64,000 nt of DNA from an uncultured cyanobacterium (GCA_963706595.1 OY970166.1:2560001-2624000), one strand, 5' to 3'; numbered from the stretch's first letter, positions 52,965 to 63,920 are shown. The notes: generated from the letters alone by a model not told the origin. Numbers and translations are program-made.

Positions 52965-55226
52965 TTACTCAGCTAATGCCCTAGAGGTGACTGCTCGTTG
53001 TAACTGAGCCAAAGCGCGATTGTAATCTAAGATAGCTGTAATGCGATTACCTTCAGACCTAGTTAAATCGTTTTCGGAATTAATCACGTCAGTTTGAGTA
53101 CCTACACCGGCTTGGAATCTTAACCGAGCCAAACGTAAAGCTTCTCTAGCTTGTTCTAAAGCAGCATCAGCAGTTTGAACATTTTCCAAATTAGATATTT
53201 GGGTAGAAAAAGCTTGTTCTACCTGAAACCGGATTTGGTTGCGCTGTTCACTAAATTGAGTTTCTGCGATCGCCATATTAGATTTTGCCTGAGCAGCTCT
53301 TGATCTAGCAGATCCACCATCGTACAAATTCAAAGTAGCCCTGACTCCCACAGAATAGCCATCGGTCAAACTCACACCATCATCGAACTGATCTAGTAGG
53401 TTGTAGCTAGCAACCAAGCTCACTTGCGGACCCAGGGCTGAAAGTGCTTCGCGCCGCTGCTGTTCATTGATGTTACGCTCTGCCAATTGCTGTTGTAACT
53501 CTGGACGATGTTGAAACGCCAACACAATGCTACTTTCTAGGTCTTGGTTCCATAAACCGGCTAATTGCACAGGATCTGCCGCACTAATATTTATTGACTG
53601 TGGCACACTTAAGCGAGTTGCGAGGCGGCGACGGGCAATTTGCTGTTGTGAGCGAGAATTAGTGAGTTCTTGCTGAGAATTAGCCAAATTTACTTGCGAT
53701 TGTAAGACATCAAATCGCGTACCTACCCCAGCCCTTTCTAAAGCTTGTGCATCTCGTAAACTAGCCTGGGCATTCTCCACAGCAGACTGGGCAATGCGTA
53801 CTCGCTCATCAGCTTGTTGCAGGTCGTAGTATTCCGTGGACACATCCAGGCGAATTTGTTCAGCCTGGCGCTCTATGGCCAACTCACGGAATCGGACTTG
53901 TTCTTCAGCCTGACCGATGTTAGCTAACCGTCTACCAGAAGTATAAAGGTCATAAGTCAGTTGAGCTTGACCACTAAAAGCTGTAGTAGCTTCAGCTCCT
54001 GGCGCTGGGGCATTCAATTGTTGCGCTTGTTGATTCAACCCTAGCTGTTGTTCCGCAGAACGACTGCGAATCACATCAGCACTCAGACCAACATTGGGCA
54101 ACAAAGCAGCTTGGGCTTCTCGTAGTGCAGCTTGAGAGCGTTCTAGCTCCAATAGAGACACCTGTAAATCTCGATTGTTCCGCTTTGCCAGTTCTAGGGC
54201 CTGTGCCAAAGTAATCGGCTGATTGTTTTCAAGTGTCACTTCTTCTGGTTTTGTAGGAAATTGCAGAGGATTAGCACTAGGAATGAGGTTATCAGGAATT
54301 TGCACGGCACTAGTAGGCGCAAATTCCACAGTTTCTGGTTGCAGAGGAATTTGACCAGTACTAGCAGGTTCAACAGACTCTGTTTCTGGTTGCAGAGGAA
54401 TTTGACCAGTACTAGCAGGTGCAACATACTCTGTTTCTGGTTGTGAAGGAGTTAAATCCCAACCAGTATTTTCCAAAGCTGTGGTTGTCTTGGGAGTAGA
54501 TGGAGAACTCTGAGCGATCAAATTCCCAGTTAGATGTTGCTGTCGGCAGTTACTGCTAGCTGACAACGAAGAAATCAATCTCCTGTTTGTCTTCTCTGCC
54601 TCTGAACAACTTTGCGCCGTCCGTAACTTTGCTAGTCCTCTATCCCTGACCGCAGTTGGTAAAACAGTCGAAAACTGAGTTTCCAGTTTTTTTGGAGACG
54701 CTGCTGGTTGCCGTAAAGCAGACAGAGAAAAACTCCCTGGCTGGGCAGGAGTTGCTGGGGAGGTAACAGTAGAAACAACTGTTTTCTCTAATTGCGGCTC
54801 CGAAGTAGCGACGTGACTCGGTGTTTGATTGCTTTTTAAATCATGCGGCTCGGACTTTTGGGCAGTATTTAACAAATTTGTAAGATTGGAAAACTTACCT
54901 TCATTTTTTTCAGATAGCTCTTTTTTTATGGGTATACCAGTATTTCCTGTCAAGATCACTGGGTTACTCTTACTACTTAAAGATGGCAAATCCAGAGTAG
55001 TTAACTCAGATTCGGGTACTATGTCTGAAAAAATCTGTGTCTTAGTATTAGGCAGTTGGGTATTAATATTGTCTCCAATCCAGGTTCGACTATCAGTGGA
55101 AGTCAAGACGCTAGGAGAAGACGCAAGTTGTATGCCACTAACTGTCCCAGCCAAAGCAGGCTGGGTTGTCAATACCGCTGCTGTGACACCAGGTAAGAAA
55201 CTATAGAATAAGTATTGTCCTTTCAC
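52965..55226 (-). CDS. tolC: TolC-family outer membrane efflux protein (HgdD-like)
   Basis: ITLAQALELA, AGVGTRFDVL, RFQAGVGTQTDV; long low-complexity N-terminus; directly downstream of kaiC as in Anabaena. Confidence 0.88.
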   Translation of the reverse strand: MKGQYLFYSFLPGVTAAVLTTQPALAGTVSGIQLASSPSVLTSTDSRTWIGDNINTQLPNTKTQIFSDIVPESELTTLDLPSLSSKSNPVILTGNTGIPIKKELSEKNEGKFSNLTNLLNTAQKSEPHDLKSNQTPSHVATSEPQLEKTVVSTVTSPATPAQPGSFSLSALRQPAASPKKLETQFSTVLPTAVRDRGLAKLRTAQSCSEAEKTNRRLISSLSASSNCRQQHLTGNLIAQSSPSTPKTTTALENTGWDLTPSQPETEYVAPASTGQIPLQPETESVEPASTGQIPLQPETVEFAPTSAVQIPDNLIPSANPLQFPTKPEEVTLENNQPITLAQALELAKRNNRDLQVSLLELERSQAALREAQAALLPNVGLSADVIRSRSAEQQLGLNQQAQQLNAPAPGAEATTAFSGQAQLTYDLYTSGRRLANIGQAEEQVRFRELAIERQAEQIRLDVSTEYYDLQQADERVRIAQSAVENAQASLRDAQALERAGVGTRFDVLQSQVNLANSQQELTNSRSQQQIARRRLATRLSVPQSINISAADPVQLAGLWNQDLESSIVLAFQHRPELQQQLAERNINEQQRREALSALGPQVSLVASYNLLDQFDDGVSLTDGYSVGVRATLNLYDGGSARSRAAQAKSNMAIAETQFSEQRNQIRFQVEQAFSTQISNLENVQTADAALEQAREALRLARLRFQAGVGTQTDVINSENDLTRSEGNRITAILDYNRALAQLQRAVTSRALAE
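54295..54443. repeat. In-frame 51-bp tandem repeat (about 3 copies) in tolC
   Basis: GTTTCTGGTTG recurs at 54331, 54382 and 54433; encodes QPETxxVxPASTGQIPL. Confidence 0.85.
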
Positions 55227-55331
55227 CGCATCCCCTCACACGAAAATCAATACTAGCGGCAGAAAACCCTTCTTCTCCACAGAATATAGCACGATCCTAA
55301 ATGTAGATATGAATATACCATGACACTAAAT

Positions 55332-56891
55332 TTAGGAATCGGAACTCGGTTTCTTTTCAAAACGTTGAACTATGCGAGATAGTTCCGCCTTTTCATCGAT
55401 ACTAACGCGGCTTGGCGCACCACTAATAATTCGTTCGTAGTTACGGAAAGAATCTTTAATTTCAGGACCGTCAGCAGTAATATTATACTCCCGGATACCT
55501 TTGTCATGCCACGAACCGCGCATTTTAAATACATTAATTGCCCGTGACATTTCGCCGCGAATTTCCACGTACTGCAACATTAAAATTGTGTCTGTAATTG
55601 TGGAAATATGGGAGTCAGTAATGGAATGTGATCCCAGAAATTGGTCAGTTGTATTGGTAAAAAAACCAGTTATTTCTTCTTGCTTGGCATAACCAGTTAC
55701 ACCGATAACAAACTGGCGAAAGGCATTATTGCTAACTCCTCTAGCTAGTGCGGAAAGGGAATCAATGGCAATGCGAGATGGCTTAAAGACGGCAATTTCT
55801 GATTTAATAATTTGCAAGTGGTCTTCTAAACCAGTTGATTCAGGATAAGTACAAATTATTTTGAGTAAACCTTGACGTTCTAGTTCTTCAAAATCAATTC
55901 CCCAAGAATAGGCATTGCGAGACAGTTGAGCGCGTGATTCTTCATAAGCAAATAAAATTGCTTGTTCACCCTTCATGCAGCCATCTTGCAGAAATTTACT
56001 GACCAATAAAGTTTTACCAGTACCAGTAGCTCCTGTTGTCAAAATAATAGAATCTTTAAAGAAACCACCCCCGCACATTTCATCCAGGGTTTTGACTCCA
56101 GACGATACCCTGACATTAGAAGAGCGTTGGGTCAGGCGCATCGCTCCCAAGGGAAAAATGTTGACTCCTTCATTGGTAATTGTAAAAGGATACTCGCCCT
56201 TCATGTGAGTTGTACCACGCAATTTGAGAATTTCAATGGTGCGGCGGCGACGTTCTCCTTCTAAAACATTACGCACAATTACCACATTATCCGAAACAAA
56301 TTCTTCTACTCCGAAAGAAGCAACAGAACCGTATTCTTCGCTACGTTCTGTGGTAATGATAGTTGTGACGTAAAGTTGCTTGAGACGGGCTACAAGGCGA
56401 AATATCTCCCGCCGAACCACTCCCATGGCTTCATACTGCTGAAAGACGGCTGTAATTGAGTCAATAGATACTCTTTGGGCTTTATATTTGCGAATTGCAT
56501 ATTGCAAACGTTCAATGAGTGCCGAAAGGTCAAAGTTACCAACAATATCTTGACCTTCCGGATCAGGTGAAGCATCAAGAATAAATAATTTACCTTCCTC
56601 AATTAGACGTTGTAAATTCCACCCAAAAATCTGGGCATTTTTAATAATATCATGAGGGGATTCTTCAAAAGTAACAAATACACCTGGTTCATCAAAGCGG
56701 GTAATGCCGTTATAGAGAAATTGCAGTGATAATAAAGTTTTGCCTGTGCCAGATGTACCACTAACTAAGGTAGTTCTACCAGTGGGCAAACCTCCGTGGC
56801 TAATATCGTCAAAGCCCTCTATCATCGTGCGAATTTTTTCTACACCAGCAATTGGGGTGTTGTTTGGTGCTGCTTGGTCTTTTTCGCTCAT
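55332..56891 (-). CDS. kaiC: Circadian clock protein KaiC
   Basis: Two P-loops (GTSGTGKT, GATGTGKT); SHISTITD phosphosite region. Confidence 0.98.
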   Translation of the reverse strand: MSEKDQAAPNNTPIAGVEKIRTMIEGFDDISHGGLPTGRTTLVSGTSGTGKTLLSLQFLYNGITRFDEPGVFVTFEESPHDIIKNAQIFGWNLQRLIEEGKLFILDASPDPEGQDIVGNFDLSALIERLQYAIRKYKAQRVSIDSITAVFQQYEAMGVVRREIFRLVARLKQLYVTTIITTERSEEYGSVASFGVEEFVSDNVVIVRNVLEGERRRRTIEILKLRGTTHMKGEYPFTITNEGVNIFPLGAMRLTQRSSNVRVSSGVKTLDEMCGGGFFKDSIILTTGATGTGKTLLVSKFLQDGCMKGEQAILFAYEESRAQLSRNAYSWGIDFEELERQGLLKIICTYPESTGLEDHLQIIKSEIAVFKPSRIAIDSLSALARGVSNNAFRQFVIGVTGYAKQEEITGFFTNTTDQFLGSHSITDSHISTITDTILMLQYVEIRGEMSRAINVFKMRGSWHDKGIREYNITADGPEIKDSFRNYERIISGAPSRVSIDEKAELSRIVQRFEKKPSSDS

Positions 56892-56980
56892 TGCTTATTA
56901 AGGAATGGGTATGCAACCCAATTTTTATATTACTAAAGTTGGTATTTTGTGATCGAATTTGTATGTATGATTAAATTTTT

Positions 56981-57295
56981 TTACTGTTCCCAATATTCTT
57001 CACTCAGTTCTTCATAAAGTAAGTCTAATCCAATCAACACTCTTTCTCTGTCTGATAGGTCACCAATTATTTTGCGAACGGGTGGAGGCAAAATTTTAGA
57101 TAATGTTGGTGTAGCTAATATTTTATCTTCTTCGGCTAACTGGGGATTTTTTAGCACGTCAATTACTTTCAAAGCATAGACACCTTGAAATTCTTGTTCT
57201 AAGATGTTTTTCAGGATCTTTAAGGCTCGGACTGAGTTAGGTGTGTTCCCTGCTACATAAAGCTTGAGAACATAGGTTTTTTTGGATTTATTCAT
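56981..57295 (-). CDS. kaiB: Circadian clock protein KaiB
   Basis: [21 protein letters not shown]. Confidence 0.98.
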   Translation of the reverse strand: MNKSKKTYVLKLYVAGNTPNSVRALKILKNILEQEFQGVYALKVIDVLKNPQLAEEDKILATPTLSKILPPPVRKIIGDLSDRERVLIGLDLLYEELSEEYWEQ

Positions 57296-57310
57296 GATGA
57301 TGAACTTAAT

Positions 57311-57616
57311 CTATTGAGAAATTGAACACCTATAGTGTTCGCAGAGGTGCGCGAGGATATCTATGAGTGCTAAACGATAATCAAGTAATGCTTCATCGCT
57401 TCTGCCTTCTAATCTTAGCTGGATGGAAAAGTCTTCAATTAGTTCCATGTGAAATTCTATAATTTGAGGCACAGGAATATTAGCACAAAATACAGCATTG
57501 ATAAATTTATCAATTTCTTCTTTCAGAGTTTTATCTGCGGCAAAGTAATTTATCAGAATCTGGCGATAATCTGATTTGAGTTGTTGTAACAATACCTGCC
57601 GATCAACTTGAGTCAT
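57311..57616 (-). CDS. kaiA: KaiA, C-terminal domain only
   Basis: LRLEGRSDEALLDYRLALIDILAHLCEHYR; ATG at 57616 or GTG at 57661. Confidence 0.92.
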   Translation of the reverse strand: MTQVDRQVLLQQLKSDYRQILINYFAADKTLKEEIDKFINAVFCANIPVPQIIEFHMELIEDFSIQLRLEGRSDEALLDYRLALIDILAHLCEHYRCSISQ

Positions 57617-58426
57617 CTGTTGAAAGAATTGCTGGGGTTTTTGCTTCTGGCATGGAAACACATAAAAATATTTATTAATGAAATTTTTATTAAGATATTG
57701 TTGCCACTACTTCAGTAGGTAGTAGATTTTAGCAGTGGTAGTATCGATTATAAGCGAGAAGCACAATTGGTCGGTGGTATGCTAGACCAAAGGCCACATC
57801 TGTCCGCTCAATCTTAGTTTTGTGGCTAGTTTAGCCGGATTATCTAAATTTTGGGTAACATTGGGGGTAAAAATTAATCAGAGTAGTAACATCTGTATAT
57901 TTGTACATCTTCATTAATCAACCTCACCAATATTGTTAGACTATCTAGATTAGATGTGGATAGCACTTCTGAGAGGATGTGTAGTTGTGGATGAAAGTTA
58001 CAAGTTCTAGATCCTTTGATTTCAATTCCTTGATAAGATACTTAAACTAACTTAAAGTATCATCACATTTTAAATCATTATAATTCCTCAAGGTTTATTA
58101 GCGAATCTTTGATCCCATAATTGTCTTAGTTGTCACTATGGTTGAGGAGTTTCAACACCAGTAGGAGACTGACAAGGATTTTTTTCTAAAAATTCCCAGT
58201 GGCAAAGACAACGAGTAAATACCATAAATCGTGTCTGTGAAGAATCTCGCCAGGAGCGCAGCCAAACGGTAAACTCATTGTTTCAATGGCGTTGCAGCTG
58301 TAACAAGAATCGCTTAAATGATTCTTCTGAAAGAATATTTCTTTGCTGGTCGAACACTAATTTGCCCACAGTGCTGATGGTGAAGCCGCAAGCTTTCACA
58401 AAGAAGAATGACCCATAAGGTTCCTT

Positions 58427-61400
58427 ATGTCAATGCTACAGTACCCGCTTTATGAATTTCTAGCAACCGTACCCCACTGCGTAGAGACAAGTACTCTGGC
58501 TATCGTGCTGGAGATTTTTGAGCAAGAGCAGTGCGATCGCTTGGTAGTAGTAAATCAGCAACAATACCCATTAGGATTGGTGCAATCTGCCCGTTTAATC
58601 CCCAAATTATTAGTAGCATCCGGTGACAACCAAGCTTTGGACTTGCACCAACCCTTGTCAACCTGGGAGCCAGCCATAATTGAACCACTGAATACGTTAC
58701 CCGCGACATATTGTGTAGAGCAATTTCAGCTACTTCTGCATGACCAACTGGAATTGACCTACCCAAAATTTAGACCTGATTGGGCGTTGATTGATGAAGA
58801 GGGCAAATTTCTAGGGTTGCTGAATAGCGCAGGTCTGTTAAGAGCATTGGCTCAGGAAAAATTGGCAATCAAGACTACGAAAACTCAATGCTTACCTGAT
58901 ACCAAAATCACCTCTAAAAATATTTCCCTAGATCATGCTCAGACCTCCAGCCACAGAGCAAAAACTCGCTGGCGTGACAAGTCAGGACTAACACGAGGGC
59001 GGAAGATAAATCAACGTCAACCAGCACCCAAATCGCTGGTGCAGCTTTTAGAATTACTGCCTTGGCCTTTAATGCTGCAAACTGTCACAGGTGAAGTATT
59101 AGCAAAAAATCCGGCTTGGTGGCAGCAATTGGGAGCATTGAAAGATCCCGAAGGCATTCGCCAACAAGTTGAAGCCATACTAGCCCCAGCCCAGACCAAA
59201 ACGGCTCCAGAATACGCTAGCCAACAAGCAACTAGATTTCATCCTCATATTAGGGAAAATGAGCATAACGGCCAGGGGCAATCCATACCTGGTCCCTCTC
59301 ATTCTGGAGAACATAGTTTTCTGTCACCGCAGGTCGCCTCGCCTTTAGTATCATCTTCACTACCACGGTCACAGATGACATCCAATCGCTGTTTTTTGGA
59401 TAGCCCGATGGGTACTTGTACCTGTGTTGTGGAAGTGCAAAATGGTCAGGAGCGAATTTGGCAGTTTGCCAAAATTCCTTTAGATAGTTCTAAGTCAGAA
59501 CTTCTATGCCGTGAAATGTTTGCTGGAGAATTTAACCTTGAGCAGACTGGGGCGACTCTAAGTAGTGAACAAAGTCATGATCTCTGCTTAATATTAGCTA
59601 CTGATGTGACTGAACAGCAGCAAATATGTAAGGAACTAGCAGCGAAAAATGCTGACCTGATTCAACTAAATCGTTTAAAGGATGAGTTTTTAGCTTGTAT
59701 TAGTCATGAACTGAAGACCCCTCTCACTGCTGTTTTGGGACTATCACGGTTGCTTGTAGATCAGCAATTGGGTGAACTTAATGAGCGCCAAGCTCGTTAT
59801 GCGGGTCTGATTCATCAAAGCGGACGACATTTGATGAGTGTGGTGAATGATATTTTAGATTTGACTCGGATGGAAACGGGACAGATGGATTTAGCCCTTG
59901 TACCCGTGACAATTCGTGTAGTGTGCGATCGCGCTCTCACAGAAGCAAAAGCTCTCCATACTCAAACAACCAAAGCCAGCCACACCCAAACCCCCACAGT
60001 CAATGCCATTCCGGAATTCGCCATCTCCATTGAACCAGGCTTAGACCAGATAATAGCTGATGAATTGCGCTTGCGTCAAATGTTGGTACACCTACTTTCC
60101 AACGCCTTTAAGTTCACCGAAAACTCTGGCGAAATTGGGTTGCGGGTGAGTCGTTGGGAAGGCTGGGTGGCATTTACCATCTGGGATACAGGTATTGGTA
60201 TTCCCGAACATCAGCAACATTTAATCTTCCAAAAATTTCAACAATTGGAAAATCCCCTCACCCGTCAATTTGAAGGTACTGGTTTGGGGTTGGTTTTAAC
60301 TAGGGCTTTGGCTCGTCTCCACGGAGGTGATGTCAGCTTTTTATCTCGTGAAGGCAAAGGTAGCCAATTTACATTACTACTACCACCAAGTCCCCCCACC
60401 ACAGGCTTAACGGCTCCAGAGATCGGAATCAGAGAAGATGGCAAAATCCCCATTCCGGAAATACGCGAAGTGACAAATTCAGCCCGTGGGCGGGTGGCGA
60501 CAACTTCCCCACATCAACCCACTAGCTCACAGAGGTTAGTGCTAGTGGTGGAAGCAGTAGCCAGATATATCGAGGATTTGACCGATCAGCTCAAGGGTTT
60601 AGGTTATCGCGTCGTGATTGCTCGTTCTGGAACCGAAGCAGTAGAAAAAGCCCGTCGTTTACAACCGAAAGCGATATTCTTAAATCCTTTATTACCTTTA
60701 CTTTCGGGTTGGGATGTGCTGACTTTATTGAAATCTGATCCGGCGACGAGACACATTCAGGTGATGGTGACGGCGACGGGAGCAGAAAAGGAGCAAGCTT
60801 ATGCGAATCGCGCTGATGGTTTCCTGAATTTGCCAGTTCAGCATCAGGCTTTAGTACCACTCTTGGAAAATTTAGTTGCTCAACCAGCAATTAAGCAGCC
60901 AGGGTTAGACAATGGCAAAATCACCCCAACTACAACTCCATTGAGGATTTTGAGGTTGGTAGAACAAAGTTTAGAATCAATTAGTCCCAACCCTTCACTG
61001 CGAGAACATCGGGTGATAGAGGTAGATGATCTCGATCAAGCCGAACTTTTAGCGCGGGTTTGGGAATTTGATGTGATTTTACTAGATGCAAGAGGTGCTA
61101 CTGCCCAAACCTACCTACAACAGTTAACTCAACATCCCATATTGGCTGAGATTCCATTGGTGACTTGCGATGTCGCTACTACCTTGGCGGCTTCAAAGAT
61201 TCCGGGGTTGTCAGTGTTTCCTTACTTGACACCGTTCTCTAGAGAAAACGAAAATCATTGCGATCGCACAAATCCTTTATTATCGGTGTTGCAAATTGCA
61301 TCTGGTCTTTGCTGTCCACCGAGTCTTCTCGTTGTCGATTTGACGATGCTGGATGATTTACCAAAGATGAGGCGCAAACAGGTCAAAGAAGTCAAAAATG

Positions 61401-61924
61401 TACTCAATAATGACAGTACCGAACGCGGATCTGAGTGGTTCCAAGCTTTAATTCAATATTTACAAACTGCTGGCTTGAAAGCAGCAATGGGGCGTTGTTG
61501 GGCAGAAGTTCTCCAACAAATTCGCCACCAAAGCGTTGATTTACTGCTGATTTGCTTGGGTGATTCCTCTGTTCATCAAGAGGTGTTACAGGAGCTAAAA
61601 GCCTTGGCAGATTTACCTTTCGACTTACCACCGATTTTGATTATTGACCAGCGCTTAAATCAGACTTTCAAGCCTTCTTCTCTGTCTAAAAGTTCCCCAG
61701 CCGAAAGTCATCAGCCCAGCCAGAGCAAATTGGATGTAGAAGCAAATGTGATGAGTGAATTGGCGCAGCTTGTTGTTCGCATCGCTTCTCGTTCGCCCAG
61801 CGTCTCTATTCAGGGAAGAGAAAACATCGCCGCCCAGATTTTGCCTCGTTCTATATCAATGGAAGACTTGTTAACCCAGATTAATCAAGCTTTAGGTTTA
61901 ACAGGAACAGGAGAAACTTCATGA
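58427..61924 (+). CDS. Hybrid sensor histidine kinase with N-terminal CBS-like domain and degenerate receiver domains
   Basis: SHELKTPL, HLLSNAFKFT, GTGLGL; first receiver has N at the usual Asp position (AIFLNP); divergent from kaiA. Confidence 0.85.
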   Translation: MSMLQYPLYEFLATVPHCVETSTLAIVLEIFEQEQCDRLVVVNQQQYPLGLVQSARLIPKLLVASGDNQALDLHQPLSTWEPAIIEPLNTLPATYCVEQFQLLLHDQLELTYPKFRPDWALIDEEGKFLGLLNSAGLLRALAQEKLAIKTTKTQCLPDTKITSKNISLDHAQTSSHRAKTRWRDKSGLTRGRKINQRQPAPKSLVQLLELLPWPLMLQTVTGEVLAKNPAWWQQLGALKDPEGIRQQVEAILAPAQTKTAPEYASQQATRFHPHIRENEHNGQGQSIPGPSHSGEHSFLSPQVASPLVSSSLPRSQMTSNRCFLDSPMGTCTCVVEVQNGQERIWQFAKIPLDSSKSELLCREMFAGEFNLEQTGATLSSEQSHDLCLILATDVTEQQQICKELAAKNADLIQLNRLKDEFLACISHELKTPLTAVLGLSRLLVDQQLGELNERQARYAGLIHQSGRHLMSVVNDILDLTRMETGQMDLALVPVTIRVVCDRALTEAKALHTQTTKASHTQTPTVNAIPEFAISIEPGLDQIIADELRLRQMLVHLLSNAFKFTENSGEIGLRVSRWEGWVAFTIWDTGIGIPEHQQHLIFQKFQQLENPLTRQFEGTGLGLVLTRALARLHGGDVSFLSREGKGSQFTLLLPPSPPTTGLTAPEIGIREDGKIPIPEIREVTNSARGRVATTSPHQPTSSQRLVLVVEAVARYIEDLTDQLKGLGYRVVIARSGTEAVEKARRLQPKAIFLNPLLPLLSGWDVLTLLKSDPATRHIQVMVTATGAEKEQAYANRADGFLNLPVQHQALVPLLENLVAQPAIKQPGLDNGKITPTTTPLRILRLVEQSLESISPNPSLREHRVIEVDDLDQAELLARVWEFDVILLDARGATAQTYLQQLTQHPILAEIPLVTCDVATTLAASKIPGLSVFPYLTPFSRENENHCDRTNPLLSVLQIASGLCCPPSLLVVDLTMLDDLPKMRRKQVKEVKNVLNNDSTERGSEWFQALIQYLQTAGLKAAMGRCWAEVLQQIRHQSVDLLLICLGDSSVHQEVLQELKALADLPFDLPPILIIDQRLNQTFKPSSLSKSSPAESHQPSQSKLDVEANVMSELAQLVVRIASRSPSVSIQGRENIAAQILPRSISMEDLLTQINQALGLTGTGETS

Positions 61925-61927
61925 AAA

Positions 61928-63766
61928 TTACCTAGATGAAGATATTTTGAGTGATTCTTTGTTGGTCTTTCTTAAAGAAACTCGAATTAACTGATAAGTG
62001 TCTTTAGTCTCTAAAATATCGTAACTACCCGGTTGCAAGTCCATTTTTACAAAGGCTTTGGGTTCAGCTATCACTAATAAGGAAGACTGCTGTGCTGGCT
62101 GAGAAGTGCGATTTTTAATATGCTCTACAGCATCCTTTGTGAGGTGAATATAATTTACAGGTTTTTGTGTGTAAAAAACTACGCTTGGTTTCTTGAAACC
62201 AACCATCAGTAATTCCTCATTTGGTTGTTTTGCTTCCACGACAACAGCAGATAAGTCTCTTAAGGGTTGCTGGCGCTGTTGATCCATGAAAAACAAAGCT
62301 GGCATTAAGACAATGATTAAGAAGGCCGTAAATAACAGTAGATTTACGTGAATAATATTGTGCCAATTGCGATTGATTATTAAAGCGGCAATGATCAGCG
62401 CCCCCAAAAACCATAAGAATCCTCCTAATGCTGGTAAACCTGCGTTTGAAATCAGTCGGGGGAAGCCAGGTGCTATGGAATTATCATTAATTAAATGAAT
62501 GATGTGCAGCACTGCTATTGCCAGGACTGTAGCAAATATGACATTTATCCAAGCACTGAATTTGAGCGCAGAGGATGCAGAGGCGATGTCTTGGTGCTGT
62601 TCGGGGAAAAAGTCGCTCCATAACAGCGCTACTAATATAGCTACGGCTGGCATTAAGGGCAACACATAGCTGGGAAGTTTTGTGACAGCGATGCTAAAAA
62701 AGCCAAAGATACTTATAAACCAGATACAGGCAAATAAACCCAGTTGTTGAGAGCGTTCTTGAGTTAGCCAGTGCGATCGCTGCCAAAACCTCAGTTTAGC
62801 CATTGCTATGGGTAAATACACTGAGTACGGCGCAAAGCCCAGGAGTACGACTAAAAAATAGAAATACCAAGGGGCTGAGTGTCCATTAACTACTTCTGTG
62901 AACCGTTCTACGTTGTGATAGCCAAAAAACGAGTCCACATAATCCCAACCATTACGCCAAGTTACCAGGACATACCACGGGGCTGATAAGGCGAAAATAA
63001 TCAGCATACCGATGAAGGGACGCATTTGGGTGAAGACTTCGCGAATTTTGCCTACATAAATCACGAATGCAGCCACAATCAGTACAGGTAGAACAATTCC
63101 TACTGGCCCTTTACTCAAAATCGCTCCAGCAATTAGCACGTAAAAAGCTAAATACCATTTGTTTGGGAATAAAGATGAGACGGATTTGGGCGGAGTTTCT
63201 GCTGTGGTTGCGTAGCCGAGAAAAAAACATAACAAGGCTGATGCCATGCAGCCAGTCAGCATCATATCAGAAACACCGGTTCTTCCCCAGACAATCATCT
63301 CAGGACTGAGTGCCAGCATGGCGGCGGCAATGAAAGCTGTTAAGTTGCGCCGAATCGGGCGTGAAACCTGCTCTAATTCGTCTTTTTTGCAGAAATACCA
63401 CTGTACAGTGTAAAAGGTTAAACCAATGACTCCCACAGCCGCGATCGCGGAAGGTAGACGCACTGACCACTCATTTACGCCGATAATGGAATAGGCGATC
63501 GCTTGACACCAGTAAATTAAAGATGGTTTATCAAAACGAGTTTCGCCATTAAAAATGGGAGTAATCCAATCACCTGTAACCAACATTTGACGGGAAGCTT
63601 CGGCAAATAATGGCTCGGTTTCGTCAATCAAGCCGACATTACCCAAATTCCACCCATAACCTAGCCAACTAATCAAAATCAGTAGAGTCACAGCAAAAAC
63701 TGGACTTTTGGCTAGATTGTTGCACCACTCGTTCACACTACCCGGAACACTCAGTTTTATCCTCAT
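61928..63766 (-). CDS. ArnT-like GT-C membrane glycosyltransferase
   Basis: DETEPLFAEASRQM, RFDKP, LSKGPVG, TKLPSYVLP; many TM helices. Confidence 0.88.
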   Translation of the reverse strand: MRIKLSVPGSVNEWCNNLAKSPVFAVTLLILISWLGYGWNLGNVGLIDETEPLFAEASRQMLVTGDWITPIFNGETRFDKPSLIYWCQAIAYSIIGVNEWSVRLPSAIAAVGVIGLTFYTVQWYFCKKDELEQVSRPIRRNLTAFIAAAMLALSPEMIVWGRTGVSDMMLTGCMASALLCFFLGYATTAETPPKSVSSLFPNKWYLAFYVLIAGAILSKGPVGIVLPVLIVAAFVIYVGKIREVFTQMRPFIGMLIIFALSAPWYVLVTWRNGWDYVDSFFGYHNVERFTEVVNGHSAPWYFYFLVVLLGFAPYSVYLPIAMAKLRFWQRSHWLTQERSQQLGLFACIWFISIFGFFSIAVTKLPSYVLPLMPAVAILVALLWSDFFPEQHQDIASASSALKFSAWINVIFATVLAIAVLHIIHLINDNSIAPGFPRLISNAGLPALGGFLWFLGALIIAALIINRNWHNIIHVNLLLFTAFLIIVLMPALFFMDQQRQQPLRDLSAVVVEAKQPNEELLMVGFKKPSVVFYTQKPVNYIHLTKDAVEHIKNRTSQPAQQSSLLVIAEPKAFVKMDLQPGSYDILETKDTYQLIRVSLRKTNKESLKISSSR

Positions 63767-63920
63767 TATTTATCACTTAATATTCCACACTTAAACATAA
63801 CTAATCCATAGTCGTTGACTAGCTAGATTTTGTTCTTGCATAGAGTCAATCTCAGACGCGATTGATTACGTCTCTACTGGACTGACAAGCTTAAAATGTT
63901 ACCAAAAATTGTAGGTTGGG

